In this document: positions 8,656 to 19,000 of the stretch, piece by piece
Position numbering within the stretch: the stretch's first letter is position 1
Layout of the letters: the number at the start of each line of letters is the position of its first letter
Origin: a virus
Length of the DNA stretch: 64,000 nt
Direction: 5' to 3' (one strand)
IMG/VR virus record: IMGVR_UViG_3300028831_000155
Location: 6,725-70,724 of that record
Notes under the pieces: model-generated
Seen by the model: the letters and a program-made list of their open reading frames with translations, nothing else
Database searches by the model: none
What the model was told of the DNA's origin: nothing
Program-made: the position numbers and the translations under genes

Positions 8656-9162
8656 TCAGCGCCGCCGATAGAGCACCGACGATGACAGCAGGACGCCCGC
8701 GAACAACACCAGCCAGCCTGCATCACCCTGCCTTGGCGGGCCCGGACAGGTTCTGCCGTGGTTGACCCAGCCGAGGTGCTTACCCTTGGTCACGCAGGGA
8801 AGCGGGGTCGGTAAAGGGACTGGGCTCAGGCTGGGTAATGGCAGGCTCGGGAGAGGGAGAGTCGGGATCGGAATAAATGTGCTCGTGGGAGATGCCGTAG
8901 AGGAGGCCGAGGCGGCCGCTTTTGTCGGGGTGCTCGTGCGGGACGGCACGGGCGATGAGGTCACCGCGGGCGTTGGTGATCTCGTGGGTGTGGCGGAGGA
9001 TTGCGCTGATGGTGATGGGGAGATCGTGCTCGGGGATGGCGTCACCTCCTGTGAGGGCGTGGGAATGATTTTGACACCGACCGCTACACCCCCTGCCATG
9101 ACGCTCAGTCCCAGAGCGACGACCACCCATGGGCGGAACAGGAGTGCGGCGATGAGTTTCAC
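8656..9162 (-). CDS. Pro/Ser/Thr-rich membrane-anchored protein
   Basis: N-terminal TM helix, about 90-aa PST-rich spacer, C-terminal hydrophobic segment plus RRR tail. Confidence 0.5.
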   Translation of the reverse strand: MKLIAALLFRPWVVVALGLSVMAGGVAVGVKIIPTPSQEVTPSPSTISPSPSAQSSATPTRSPTPAVTSSPVPSRTSTPTKAAASASSTASPTSTFIPIPTLPLPSLPLPSLSPVPLPTPLPCVTKGKHLGWVNHGRTCPGPPRQGDAGWLVLFAGVLLSSSVLYRRR

Positions 9163-9635
9163 GATGTATCCGGCTTCTCGGTGGGTTTCGCGTGCTCGGC
9201 CCGTTTCGCCTGCTCGGCCCGCTCGGCGGCAATGCCTTCCAGCCTGCCCTCGGCTATGGCTGCCTTGCGGGTCAGTTCCAGCAGTTCGGTCAGTTTCCCA
9301 TCCACACGTCGGTCAAGGGCGTACACGTCCTTGCCGACTTGGATCAGGGTGGCCTCGTTCTTTGCGGCGGCTTCCTTAGCCTCGCGGCGCGTCTGCTCGG
9401 CGGCGACCTTGGCTGCTTCAGCCGCCGCTACCGCGTTTGCCTGTTTCTCGGCCAGAATTTCAGCCTTGTGACTATTGCGGTTGGCGATCCAGAAACTACC
9501 GACAGCGACGATGGCGGCTCCGGTGGCCGCGATGAGAGTGCCGATAGACGTGATCGTCGCTGAGATATCGGCTACTGGATTCACAGGGGCACTCCACGTT
9601 CTCCTAACGGTAAGCGGCGTGGGCGCCGCAGCCAT
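9159..9635 (-). CDS. membrane-anchored coiled-coil protein
   Basis: TM helix (ITSIGTLIAATGAAIVAVGSFWIA) followed by an A/E/K-rich helical region. Confidence 0.5.
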   Translation of the reverse strand: MAAAPTPLTVRRTWSAPVNPVADISATITSIGTLIAATGAAIVAVGSFWIANRNSHKAEILAEKQANAVAAAEAAKVAAEQTRREAKEAAAKNEATLIQVGKDVYALDRRVDGKLTELLELTRKAAIAEGRLEGIAAERAEQAKRAEHAKPTEKPDTS

Positions 9636-9647
9636 TCTAACAGCGGA

Positions 9648-10379
9648 CTAGACAATCACCGCATCCAATCTCAGAGATGCGGAACGCAGCACCTTGTGCT
9701 TCTCACGGGCCGTGATCCGTGCGTCGAGGTCAATCAGCACGTCCATCAGGTCCTCGTTCTTGGCGTAGCGATCAAAGCCCTGAGCCAGTACGTGGTCCAC
9801 CACGTGGTCCACACCGGAGTGGAAAGTGGTGCGGTCGTGCTTGATAACCGCGAGGTCGAGGTAGGCATCGAGAGTAAGGCTGCGAGACTGGTTGCGTTTG
9901 ATGACTGCGGCGGCGGTGAGTGAGGTCGAGACAGTTCTGACCAGCGCCGCATCGAGGGTAAATGACCTCGAAATGGTGTTAGTGATGGTCGCGTCGAGGG
10001 TGAGGCTCGAAGACTGAGATCGCCGCAGAACCGCGTTGGCTGTGAACGAAGCGTTCTGAGTTCTGAGGAGAACGGCATCGAGGGTGAGGGTCGCGGTTCC
10101 GGGCAGCGCCGAAGTCTGGAAAGCGTCGGTTTGGAAGGCATCGCTTTGGAATGCAGGAGCGCCCGGAACGCCCTGAATGACCGCATCCAGCGTGAATGAG
10201 TATTGGATAAAGGCATTGAGGGTGAGGGACGCGCTCTGGGAGCGCCGCAGGACACCATCTAGCGTGAGACTAGATGTCTGGCTGCGGAGCAGGACCGCAT
10301 CGAGAGTCAGGGTCGGACTAGCGGCACCAGTCTCGAACGAGTCGCCTTGGAATGAATCTGACTGGAAGGCTCCGGCCAT
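9648..10379 (-). CDS. fibrous protein with 14-aa SASLTLDAVLxRTQ tandem repeats (tail fibre or decoration paralog)
   Basis: 243 aa; about 9 repeat units shared with 29329-30903 and 30873-34079; strong SD (AAAGGAGGGTGAGGC). Confidence 0.5.
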   Translation of the reverse strand: MAGAFQSDSFQGDSFETGAASPTLTLDAVLLRSQTSSLTLDGVLRRSQSASLTLNAFIQYSFTLDAVIQGVPGAPAFQSDAFQTDAFQTSALPGTATLTLDAVLLRTQNASFTANAVLRRSQSSSLTLDATITNTISRSFTLDAALVRTVSTSLTAAAVIKRNQSRSLTLDAYLDLAVIKHDRTTFHSGVDHVVDHVLAQGFDRYAKNEDLMDVLIDLDARITAREKHKVLRSASLRLDAVIV

Positions 10380-10390
10380 GCCTCACCCTC

Positions 10391-10443
10391 CTTTAGATTT
10401 CGACTAAACACGCGCCCCGGATGATCGTAAACCGGAGCGCGTG
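10391..10443 (-). terminator. candidate intra-operon terminator/attenuator hairpin
   Basis: CACGCGCCCCGG/CCGGAGCGCGTG stem (one mismatch) with an 11-nt loop, followed on the minus strand by TTTAGTCGAAATC. Confidence 0.35.
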
Positions 10444-10480
10444 GGGAGAGAAGGTATTCAGTTGTGGGGCGATTATAGGA

Positions 10481-11011
10481 CTAGGACGACGTGATCTGAA
10501 GAGCCGTGAGGCTTGAGCCCTTGTTGGTGATGCCACCGTTGTTCGCTGTCCTGAGAATCGTCCCATCCGAGCTGCGGCTATCCCAAGCGGCGGCCCGGAT
10601 GGCAGTGCTGCCATTGACCGTGACACGGGCCTGAATCACCATTGGGAAGTCGTTGGTAGACAGCCCCGGTGTGACGGCGCCCATGCTCTTCACGCCGGTA
10701 TCTCCGCTCAGGACGTTGCTCGACAAGCTGCCGCCCGTTGCGATCTTGGCCGCCATACCCGTCTGGGAGGCGCTGGCCGACTGCAATTGCAGGCAGGCAG
10801 TCACGAGATAGTCGCCAGCCGGTGGAGTCAGGGCTAGGTCGGCGTGGCTGTACCAAGTGCTGGAACTGGCCATCGAGACGTCCGCAGTGGTAAGGAAACT
10901 TTCGTAGCAGTTCGACCCTCCGGTGTGGTTAGCGTTCCAGTCGCTGGGCCTGACTAGCGTCGCGTCTCCCCCGTCCGACTTGGCGCTGACGAATGTGTGC
11001 GTAATGGGCAT
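10481..11011 (-). CDS. minor tail protein (hypothetical)
   Basis: 176 aa, Gly/Ser/Thr-rich beta-type composition, within the tail block. Confidence 0.4.
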   Translation of the reverse strand: MPITHTFVSAKSDGGDATLVRPSDWNANHTGGSNCYESFLTTADVSMASSSTWYSHADLALTPPAGDYLVTACLQLQSASASQTGMAAKIATGGSLSSNVLSGDTGVKSMGAVTPGLSTNDFPMVIQARVTVNGSTAIRAAAWDSRSSDGTILRTANNGGITNKGSSLTALQITSS

Positions 11012-11551
11012 CTAACAGACCTCGCTGACTGCAGTTCCGCTGCTGTAGTTTGTGGCGGCAGTAGGTGAAATTGTCCACGTCGTGCTGCCAGCGCCGCCTG
11101 TCACCGTGTACTGCGTGGAGCCGATCTGGATGGTGTAGCCGTTCGCGGCAGGGAAGGTGACGGTGCTCGTCACGGTGATGGTAGAAGCGCCGCTAGACAC
11201 AGGTGCGGCCAAGGTAGTCGAGCCGCCCGCGTGATCGAGGAAGTAGGCGTCTAGGCTTAGGCTGCGGCTGACTGTGCCGCGAATCTGAGCATCAAGCGTC
11301 AGGTTCTTGGCGGGCCGAATCACCGCATCCAGTGTCAATTGCCGCGGCCCGCCGATCCACGCCGAGAGAAGCAGGGTAGTTACTACGCTTCCCGGATTAG
11401 CCTCGATAAAAGTCAGGCGTGCGGCCATATCAGTGAGCACGACTTGCACCGTGGTGCCGCTCGCATAGCGACCAATGGGCGCGGACAGCACTGCGGTATC
11501 AGTAGACTCGGTGCCAGTGTGATAGATGGTCCGGTCGTGCTGACTGGTCAC
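11012..11551 (-). CDS. minor tail protein (hypothetical)
   Basis: 179 aa, adjacent and co-oriented. Confidence 0.4.
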   Translation of the reverse strand: MTSQHDRTIYHTGTESTDTAVLSAPIGRYASGTTVQVVLTDMAARLTFIEANPGSVVTTLLLSAWIGGPRQLTLDAVIRPAKNLTLDAQIRGTVSRSLSLDAYFLDHAGGSTTLAAPVSSGASTITVTSTVTFPAANGYTIQIGSTQYTVTGGAGSTTWTISPTAATNYSSGTAVSEVC

Positions 11552-13119
11552 AACATCCGCGCGTATATGAATAGTGCGGCGCCAGAGTGCGGCGCGGTGG
11601 TGAAGGTGATCTGGCCGATGGCCGCGTTGCTCACCGTGTATTCAAATCCCGGTCGCTGGAACAGCAGGTCCACCGTTACCACTTGGGTCCCAGAGATGAA
11701 GCCAAGGTCATTCGGTACGTGGAAGACCTTGTTGGTCCCGTCTGCGGCGGGCAGCAGAGTGAACTGCCCGAATGCTCCATAGGTGGTGGTGGTCGAGGAA
11801 TCATTGGCGATGCCCGCTATCGAGCCCTGCACTATGCGCTGGCGTGCCAGCAGATAGCGCCACAGCGTGAACGGATCATCGGCCAGCAGCCCGAACATGC
11901 CATCGAAGCGAACGTAAGGCAGCCCATCACTGAGCGTGACGATGGTGATGGTGGTTTGCCGTAATGGAAGCAATTGGATCAGCCCGCTGGGCCAATTGGC
12001 ATCCTCCATCACGAACAGCACGATGGTCACCAGATCGCCCGGATTGAGGTGCTGCGGCTGACCCGCGTAGACCGGAACGTCCTGCCCGAACCACGCGAAG
12101 CGGAACGACCATTGAGGATTGAGATAGCCGCGCCGCGTGCCGGTGCTCGGGTCAGTGCCGCCATCGGTTCCACTTACGATCTGGTTGGCCCTGACTGTCA
12201 CCGTGTGCTGGCTCCCAAAGCCAGTCTGGCCCGCATGATTCTCGGCGTACTGCCAGCGGCCATGAATGGACTCAGAGGTCGCGTCCTGCGCACGAGCGAA
12301 GAAGATGCCCGCTCCCGACGGATCGCCTATTGCCGAGCCGCCCCATATCAGCGCATCGTTGACGATGATCGAGCCGTCCTCAGTGGCATCCAGTTCACGG
12401 AAGCCATAGGTTGCCAGCGGACTGGGTGTGCCGTTCAGCGGCAGTTTGTTGGGAACGTCGGAAAAGCCCCAGATGGCCTGCGTGTCCTCGATGGCCTTAT
12501 AGATCAACTTCTTGTCGGCATTGATGTAGTAGATCGTGCCGCAGTTGATGGCGAGGTCGTCCATCTGCTGGCGCCACGTGGTGCCTTGGATGTTGTTGCC
12601 GGTCGAGTACCACTGGAAGAACGGCGCGTCGATGGCAGGCTGAGTCACGTTCTGCACCAGCGTGGTGGTGTCGAAGCCCGCGGGGATGTCGAGGTAGGTC
12701 GAGCACAACTTCTTGACCAACGCGCCGTCATACGAGGTGTTCGCCTCGTTGGGTGGCTGGGTGGTGTAGGAGGTCGGGTAGCGGAACACCAGTTTGTCGA
12801 ACAGGATGTTGTAGTCCACGCCGCGCAGCACCCACTGCCGTTCCTTGACCGCAGAAGGAGTAGTGGTATCCGCCGCTGGGAAGGCATGCGTGCGGCTGAC
12901 CTGCGTCAGGTAGCCACCAAACAGCCGCTTGCTGTCCAGCGTCAACACGATCTCCTTGCCGGTGATGAACGAATGCGTCTGGTTCGGATCACGCACCGTC
13001 ATCTCGAAGGTCCCCGGCTGCGCTGACAACTGGGACTCGAAGGACACCGAGGAATAGATCACGTCGGTCGAAATCTCGACGTTGTTGTACTTGATCGAGA
13101 TCGTTGACGGCCCGCTCAT
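11548..13119 (-). CDS. minor tail protein
   Basis: 523 aa downstream of the tape measure gene; start/stop overlaps with neighbours. Confidence 0.5.
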   Translation of the reverse strand: MSGPSTISIKYNNVEISTDVIYSSVSFESQLSAQPGTFEMTVRDPNQTHSFITGKEIVLTLDSKRLFGGYLTQVSRTHAFPAADTTTPSAVKERQWVLRGVDYNILFDKLVFRYPTSYTTQPPNEANTSYDGALVKKLCSTYLDIPAGFDTTTLVQNVTQPAIDAPFFQWYSTGNNIQGTTWRQQMDDLAINCGTIYYINADKKLIYKAIEDTQAIWGFSDVPNKLPLNGTPSPLATYGFRELDATEDGSIIVNDALIWGGSAIGDPSGAGIFFARAQDATSESIHGRWQYAENHAGQTGFGSQHTVTVRANQIVSGTDGGTDPSTGTRRGYLNPQWSFRFAWFGQDVPVYAGQPQHLNPGDLVTIVLFVMEDANWPSGLIQLLPLRQTTITIVTLSDGLPYVRFDGMFGLLADDPFTLWRYLLARQRIVQGSIAGIANDSSTTTTYGAFGQFTLLPAADGTNKVFHVPNDLGFISGTQVVTVDLLFQRPGFEYTVSNAAIGQITFTTAPHSGAALFIYARML

Positions 13120-16052
13120 CCGATTACCACCACCTCGAAATTGAAGCAGCCGTAGGCAATGTGGGTCTGGCCGATGTTCTGGCCGTACGCCTCATTGATG
13201 GCGGAGTTGGTGATGATGATGAGGCCGTTCACGTAGTCCTCGGTGTAGTCCAGCAGGTAGCGCAGGAACAAGCCGTCGTACCAGACCTGACTGGTTCCCG
13301 GCTGGTAGGAGTTACCCGGATAGCCTGTACCTGTGGAGTAGTAAAGATAAGTCGTGTTTGAGCCCTGCGGCGGATCAATGTGGGTCAGGTTCAGGCAGGA
13401 GTGGCCGTTGCTGGTGCCCGCACACGGTTCGTGGAACAGATGCAGCAGGTGAGTATCGCCAGCACCACCAGCGTCGCTGGGGTACTGGAAGGTGGTGATG
13501 CCGTTGAACCATGTATTCGGTGTGGGGCTGGACAGGGACAGACGTGGCAGGATGCGGCCCGCGCTGTCGCCGCCGAGGTTCCCTCCGTCTGCTCCAACGA
13601 TAGAGTAGGTGCGCAGGAAGAACTGGATGTACTGCGGGTTGGGGACATTCCAAGACACGCTGATGGGAATGACCTGATCCTGACCCGGATGGATGCCGGT
13701 CGCCACCACGTAGGCATTGCCGGGGAGTTGCCATTCGATGTCGGCCACATTGACTGGAGTCGAGCCCGACAGGCCGTAGAGAGCCTTGGGGTCGCCCAGA
13801 TCGACCGCAAACAGTTTCCAGACCGCGGGTATGTTCTGGTTGCTGAACGGCACACCGTTGGTGTTGGGCAGGACCGCGTACAGATTTCCCGTCAGCAGGA
13901 CGCCATAGCAGCCTGTCCCTGAGTACAGCGGGTTCACGAACGAGAGGATGTTGTAGGTCTCCACGTCGGTGACCCACGTCGGGCTACCGCTCAGAACGTC
14001 GTCCTGCCACGTCCCGAACAGGCGAGGAATGCTTGCGGACGTGAACAACTGGAAGTGATAGAACTCGTCCACGTGCTGCGTCTGGCTAGGAGGATAGGTG
14101 TCGTAGTGATGGGTCGCCACCACGCAGGTTCCAGTCGTCCCGTGATTGGCTTGGGCTGGAGACAGGACCAAGGCCGCTGGACGGTCATCACATGTAGTTG
14201 GCGGCGGCGGCGGTAGGAAATCGAATGGCGGAAATTGGAATGGCGGAAACGCTGGCAATCGGAAATCGAATGGGAAGAAGTCGAATCCCATCCATGGCTG
14301 GTCGTACTCGGTGCCAATGCCCAGTTCCCACTTTGGCTCGTGCTGGGTCTCAAATGTGATGCGGCAGGTCCGAATCGGCAATGTCAGGTCAGTGCCGAAC
14401 ACGGTGCTGATGACCCGGATAACCTGCGCCACCCGCAGTCCAGAACGGTAGACTGCGCACTTGATGCCTATCGCGTCGTCCTTGTGACCGCGATGGTGCT
14501 GCGGCGAGCCGTAGACGTAAGTCGATGAGGTTCGATCCGCCGTGGTCTGCTTGTAGATCGGCAGTAGCGCGGTGCCGACCTGCCAACGACTATGGGTTGA
14601 GATACTGGTTGCATCGGTACTGCGCGAGAACACCACCGAGTTAGAGCCGAGGCCCGCACCCCACACCAAGGCATCATTGATGAGGTTGGCTCCATCCAGC
14701 AGTTCTTCGTACTCGGAGTAGCCGACCTGACCGCCAGTCGGCCTGTCCGAGATCACGAACGGGGCGCTCTCGGTCTCGTCGTCAGCCCACACCAGTTTCT
14801 TGTCAGGATTGATGTAATAGATGGCCCCGATGTTGAAGTTGATGAAGCCCATAAACTGCTGCCACGACCACGACGCTGCGGCGCTGATCGGCGCGTCGGT
14901 CGAGGGCGTTCCCACATGCTGCACGAGGCTGGTGGTGTCGATACCGTCGCCAGACAGGTCGAGGTGGTTGGCGCAGTAGTACTCGATCACGGTCTGGTCG
15001 GGAGTATCGGCCGGGAACGAGGTCAGGCTGGTAAGAGTGGGGTTGGACTTGTCGTACAGGAAGCGCCGCTGGAATAGGACATTGGTATCGGCACCGATGA
15101 TCTCGAAGTAACGCGGCACGCTATGGCAGCGGCACTTGGTGTCCTCCACGTCGAAGAAGTAGCCGCGCTTGATCTGCTGCAGAAAGCCGGTCCATTCCCG
15201 CACGCCGTCAATGGTCAGGGTGATCGGAGCGCCAGTGGTGAATGACTCGACGTGCGTGAGATCACGTACCCGGAAGTGGCAGGTGCCCGCCTGTGCATTG
15301 GCCGCGGACAGGAACTCGGCGTCAGCATAGATGACGTTGTTGGTGATGTCGTTGCCAGCCACGCTGATAGAAACGGTAGAAGGCGTGATCGGCGGATTGA
15401 CGGGCGGCCCCAGCCCCGCCACGACCGCATCCAGCGTGAAGGTTTGGGTGTGGGTGACCGCATTCGGGCCGTAGGTGATACAGAAGTCGTCGGTGTCGAA
15501 CTCATCGCTGGCTGATGAGCCGAAGAAAGTGAGTGACAGGAAGTCCCAGTTGCCGGGGTTGTAGGTGCCTGAGGCGTGGCTCTGGGTGATCTGCGGGGCA
15601 GGTTCGGCCCCGGTGGCCCACACCGCCAGCGTAGTCTGAGTGTCGGTGATGACCAGATGGATATTGACGGTGCCGCCCGTGAAGCCGGTGATGACCGGCG
15701 TATCGCTGCCGCCCTCGACATTGGCATTTACGGTGGTACTTGCGGCAGCCTTGCTGATCGCTAGATCGAACGGATTCGTGAGCGGCGAGAAATCGAATTC
15801 TAGGAAGCCCGAGCCGCTAGGCCAGATCGTCTTGACCCGGAACTCGATTGGGAAGTCGCTGCTGGTGTACGGAACCGACGAGAAGTTGAGGTTGCTGGTG
15901 GCACGGTTGAAGCTGCCATTAGTGATGGCGATGGCCTTGGAGCCATCGGTGGATAGCGTGCCACGTTGCTGCTCCCAGATGGCATTCGGTATTTCACTGG
16001 TGCCCCAATCACCGCTAGTCGTGCGGCTAAAGGTGTCGCAGGCCTGAGTCAT
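13116..16052 (-). CDS. large minor tail protein (tail tip or baseplate-like)
   Basis: 978 aa immediately after the tape measure gene; contains an FPPFDF-type aromatic/proline repeat block. Confidence 0.55.
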   Translation of the reverse strand: MTQACDTFSRTTSGDWGTSEIPNAIWEQQRGTLSTDGSKAIAITNGSFNRATSNLNFSSVPYTSSDFPIEFRVKTIWPSGSGFLEFDFSPLTNPFDLAISKAAASTTVNANVEGGSDTPVITGFTGGTVNIHLVITDTQTTLAVWATGAEPAPQITQSHASGTYNPGNWDFLSLTFFGSSASDEFDTDDFCITYGPNAVTHTQTFTLDAVVAGLGPPVNPPITPSTVSISVAGNDITNNVIYADAEFLSAANAQAGTCHFRVRDLTHVESFTTGAPITLTIDGVREWTGFLQQIKRGYFFDVEDTKCRCHSVPRYFEIIGADTNVLFQRRFLYDKSNPTLTSLTSFPADTPDQTVIEYYCANHLDLSGDGIDTTSLVQHVGTPSTDAPISAAASWSWQQFMGFINFNIGAIYYINPDKKLVWADDETESAPFVISDRPTGGQVGYSEYEELLDGANLINDALVWGAGLGSNSVVFSRSTDATSISTHSRWQVGTALLPIYKQTTADRTSSTYVYGSPQHHRGHKDDAIGIKCAVYRSGLRVAQVIRVISTVFGTDLTLPIRTCRITFETQHEPKWELGIGTEYDQPWMGFDFFPFDFRLPAFPPFQFPPFDFLPPPPPTTCDDRPAALVLSPAQANHGTTGTCVVATHHYDTYPPSQTQHVDEFYHFQLFTSASIPRLFGTWQDDVLSGSPTWVTDVETYNILSFVNPLYSGTGCYGVLLTGNLYAVLPNTNGVPFSNQNIPAVWKLFAVDLGDPKALYGLSGSTPVNVADIEWQLPGNAYVVATGIHPGQDQVIPISVSWNVPNPQYIQFFLRTYSIVGADGGNLGGDSAGRILPRLSLSSPTPNTWFNGITTFQYPSDAGGAGDTHLLHLFHEPCAGTSNGHSCLNLTHIDPPQGSNTTYLYYSTGTGYPGNSYQPGTSQVWYDGLFLRYLLDYTEDYVNGLIIITNSAINEAYGQNIGQTHIAYGCFNFEVVVIG

Positions 16053-16055
16053 GGG

Positions 16056-19000
16056 CTAACTAGGAGAAGGGCCGCGGAATCCGAGGAGCGAGGTTTTCCG
16101 GGCAAGCGACTGCTCGATGGCTCGTACCAGTTCGGCCCGCATGCGCGCCTCGTCCTGACGGGTCTGGAACTGGTTGCCAGTGATGGTGATGTTGATCGTG
16201 ATTCCACCGCCACCGAAGATGGCGCTTGGAGCAGAACCCACGAAGCCACCAGCGTAGTGCGGCACCTCGCCCTGCCCCATGGTCCCGAAGTAGCCTTCCG
16301 CATAACTCGGCGGGTTCTTGACGATGCCCACCGTCTGGCCCTGAGCCTGCCCGACCGTCATCTGCATCGGGCCACGGGGATGGACTGTCACATCGCGCGG
16401 CTGGGCTAGGACTGCCACCTTCTCGGTGCCCGCCTCGCCAGCATGGAACAGGGTGTCGGTGCTGACGTTGCCGAGATAGCCGATCTGCGCACCAGTTCCG
16501 CCCGGATTGGGAGTGCCGTATCCCAAACCAGTACCACTCAGCAAACCGCCCTGCGTGGCGCTCTGGAATGACTTGAAGGCGGCATCGAAACCTGCTGCAG
16601 CCTGCAGGGCACCTTGGCTGATGGCGGTGCCGAATGCGGACGAGATGCCTTGGAAGAACTGAGCGGCACTTTGCTCCAGCGTTTCGGTCGATTTCTTGTA
16701 GGTGGCGACGTACTTGGCGGCCTCGCTGTTGATGGCGCTGATGACCGCCTCACCCTGCTGCAGGAGTTGCTGGAGATCGGCCTCGGCCGCCTGCATGCGG
16801 GCCTGAATGAAGGCAATCGCCTCTTGTGCTCCAGCGGTGTCGATGGTGACCTGCCGCGCACGCTCCAGCAGTCCTAGCGCATTGCGGGCGCTGATGTAAT
16901 CGCGGTTGTGCTGGATGTCCTCGATGCGGAAGGTGATCGGCAGGATTTGGCCTGCCAGCCTGACCTGCCGCGTGGCGAGCGCTTGCTGCTCCTTCTGGAT
17001 ATCGAGTTGCTTCTGGGCGTAGGACGCTTCCTGCTTGGCTTCTTCCTGCCGCGCGGCGCGTTCCTCTGGGGTGGCACCCGGACCGCCCGCGAAGCCAGCC
17101 ACCGCGACTTGGAAGTTGATCTGGCGCTGCGCCAGTTGAATCTGTAGCGCTTGGCTCTGGAGTTGGAGTTGCTGAGTCTGGAGTTGCAGTTCGGCGCTCT
17201 GCCGTCCTAGCACGATGGCTTGGCGCTCGTAGATACCAAGGTTGTCTCCAGCGGTCTGGCCGATCTTGCCGGTGATCTGGGCAAGGTCGTTGAGAGCGAG
17301 GCTCTGCTGGCGAATCTGCTCATCGAACTGCGCGGTCTGCAGCCCGACCTGCTCTTGGGTGATCCCGGCTTGGATGCCCGCGATCTGCCGCCCGCCAGCC
17401 TGAATGGCCCCGAAGTCGGCGACTGCCTGACGAGAGGCACCCTCGAAGCCGGGAGTGCCGTTGGCGCCCGCAATCTGGGCGATCTGGACCTGCGCCGCCT
17501 GAATCTGGCGGACTTGGATAGTGTCGAAGTTCTGGGTATTGCCGATCAGCCCGCGGATGCCCGGAGAGACCGATCCGATACCTCCCGGAATGCTGGTGCC
17601 GAGCGGCAGCAATGGCTGCTGTGCAGCCTGTATCCCGATCTGGGCCGTGGATACCTGCCTCTGCAGAGCCGCCTGAGTAACGGCTTGGAAGATGGCGGCT
17701 GGGAGAGTCCGCTCACGGGTAGTCGCCAGCGCTTCCTCGCTGGTTGGCAGTGCGGCGCCTTTCTGGGCGGCGGTAGCGAAGGCCTGAGCCTGAGCCGCGG
17801 TCGCCACTGGAGCAGTCGGGCCCGTGCCACCCGGCCCCAGCAGAGCGAAGCCCTGCGCCCGGAGTTGCTTGATCTGGTCGTCGGTGGCGCCTTCTGCCTT
17901 GAGCAGGTTGGCGGTGGCATCTGCCTGTGCAGCCGTGGCGTGCAGGACCGCGGTGCCCAAAGCCTCGACATTCGGTGCGCCGCGCTTGGCAGCGTCATCG
18001 AGGTTGGTGATACCCAGTTGCAGAACATCGAGGTCCTGCTTGGACTGGGTTGCGGCTTGCTTTAGGTCCTGTGGGCTGGGTCCACTTATCAGTCCGCCGA
18101 GGAAGCCAGCGGCACCGCCCACTCCGGGCGCCAGCACGCTGGCACCACCACCCAGCAGGCCACCGACGACTGGCACTTGGTTGACTGCGTTCTGCAGAGA
18201 CCGGCCAGCCGCGGCGCCCTGTCCTAGCCCGCGAACCGCGATGTCGAAGTTATTGGGTGAGGGTGTGCCGGTAGCCGCGGCTCCGATTCCGCCACCAGCG
18301 ATCCCACCGATAGCACCACCGATCAGGGCTCCAGCCAGCGTACCGGGACCGGGCAGGATGCTTCCGGCGATGCCACCCGCAATCGCACCGCCGAGCACGC
18401 CTGCTCCGGCACCCAGCGCCGCGCCGCCGATCTGGCGCTGCTGCTGCGCGCCCTGCGGTGTCAGGCGCGCCAGTTGCTCGATGATGCCCGGTGTCTGGAA
18501 CAGCGGCGTGTTGAGGAAACCGCCCGTGCCAGTCGTGAAGCCCGGAATGGCACCCGGTGTCTGACCCAAGCCGACTGCCTGACCGCCTTGCGCCAAGACT
18601 TGCTGGTGCTGGAGTTGAGCGGCGGCATTGATCTGGTCGATCTGCTCGCCGAGTGCCTTGTTGCCCGCCTCGATGGCGACGCGCTGCTCGATCAGCGGTC
18701 GAATGGTGTTGGAGACATTCTCGGACAGACCAGACTGCGCGAACGAGGCCGCCACTACCAGATCGGTACTGCCATGCAGCGCGCGACTCTGGTCCGCCAG
18801 CGTGCTAACCATGTTGTTGGTCAGCGTCGTGAAGCCTGTGGCCCGCTCGATGGCTGGGTCGAATGCCTTGGCAACCAGACCGACTACGGCAGTGACACCC
18901 TGCATGGCGACACTGAAAGCGAGGCCACCCGCCACACCACCAGCGAAGGATGCGGCCAGCGCTGACCCGCCCGTGCCAGCGTTCTTGAGTTCTTGGTTAA

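Noticed and set aside
8780-9379. Plus-strand ORF 8762-9379 and minus ORF 8780-9232 overlapping the PST-rich membrane protein gene
   Set aside because: Low-complexity artefacts of the Pro/Ser/Thr-coding repeat (CCN/ACN/TCN codons readable in several frames).
9159-10379. Possibility of a diversity-generating retroelement acting on the repeat fibres
   Set aside because: No reverse transcriptase gene or template-repeat/variable-repeat pair with adenine-specific differences is visible in the window.
13375-13977. Overlapping 150-200-aa ORFs on both strands within the 978-aa tail gene
   Set aside because: Alternative-frame artefacts. Translations are Arg/Gly/Pro-rich and embedded in a continuous, better-supported long ORF.
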